A stretch of DNA of 64,000 bases from Chitinispirillaceae bacterium (lineage in GTDB: Bacteria; Fibrobacterota; Chitinivibrionia; Chitinivibrionales; Chitinispirillaceae): positions 17,765 to 81,764 of the forward strand of contig JBKHHW010000001.1 of NCBI GenBank assembly GCA_046538945.1, written 5' to 3'. The notes below the pieces were generated by a model, which was given only the letters and a program-made list of their open reading frames with translations, ran no database searches and was not told the DNA's origin. A program made the translations under genes and the position numbers. Shown one piece after another: positions 63,662 through 64,000 of this stretch (positions are counted from its first letter, which is position 1; the number at the start of each line of letters is the position of its first letter).

Positions 63662-64000
<339 letters not shown>

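Overview
This 64 kb window is densely coding chromosome from a diderm bacterium. Evidence for a diderm: a TolC/RND/MFP efflux operon, KdsA for LPS, and OMP-like proteins. AGGAGG-type SD sites and sigma70-like -35/-10 boxes are visible. I saw no rRNA, CRISPR array, transposase, integrase or phage gene.

There are two tRNAs: Leu-GAG directly after secG, and Gln-UUG between spoVG and rplY.

Most of the window is housekeeping operons:
- gap-pgk-tpiA-secG-tRNALeu
- dapA-dapB
- spoVG-tRNAGln-rplY-pth-rpsF-rpsR-rplI
- pyrR-pyrB-pyrC
- accD-accA-(5S carboxyltransferase fused to an AccB-type BCCP)
- ffh-rpsP-rimM-trmD-rplS
- plus rlmN, kdsA, apbE, dacB, nrdR, argF, uvrA, adk, nadE, gpmI, thiE, prfC and tadA (partial)

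Three non-housekeeping regions stand out:
1. 38.2-44.7 kb is a co-directional cluster. It opens with a 523-aa ORF that, by eye, reads as a fused TssB(VipA)+TssC(VipB)-like contractile-sheath homolog. It is followed by a LysM/FecR protein, a CHASE2 Ser/Thr kinase, an FHA protein and a membrane-anchored lytic transglycosylase. No other T6SS or CIS core gene is present. An A10 slippery tract could fuse the FHA and transglycosylase frames. This is my best candidate for an undescribed system.
2. 27.8-29.9 kb holds a single-domain KaiC-like ATPase, two paralogous 3-TM miniproteins and two stand-alone receiver proteins. They are packed between argF and uvrA.
3. 19.5-21.6 kb holds tandem paralogous exported membrane proteins.

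All calls rest on by-eye motif recognition in the supplied translations and on hand checks of the DNA. No database search was run.
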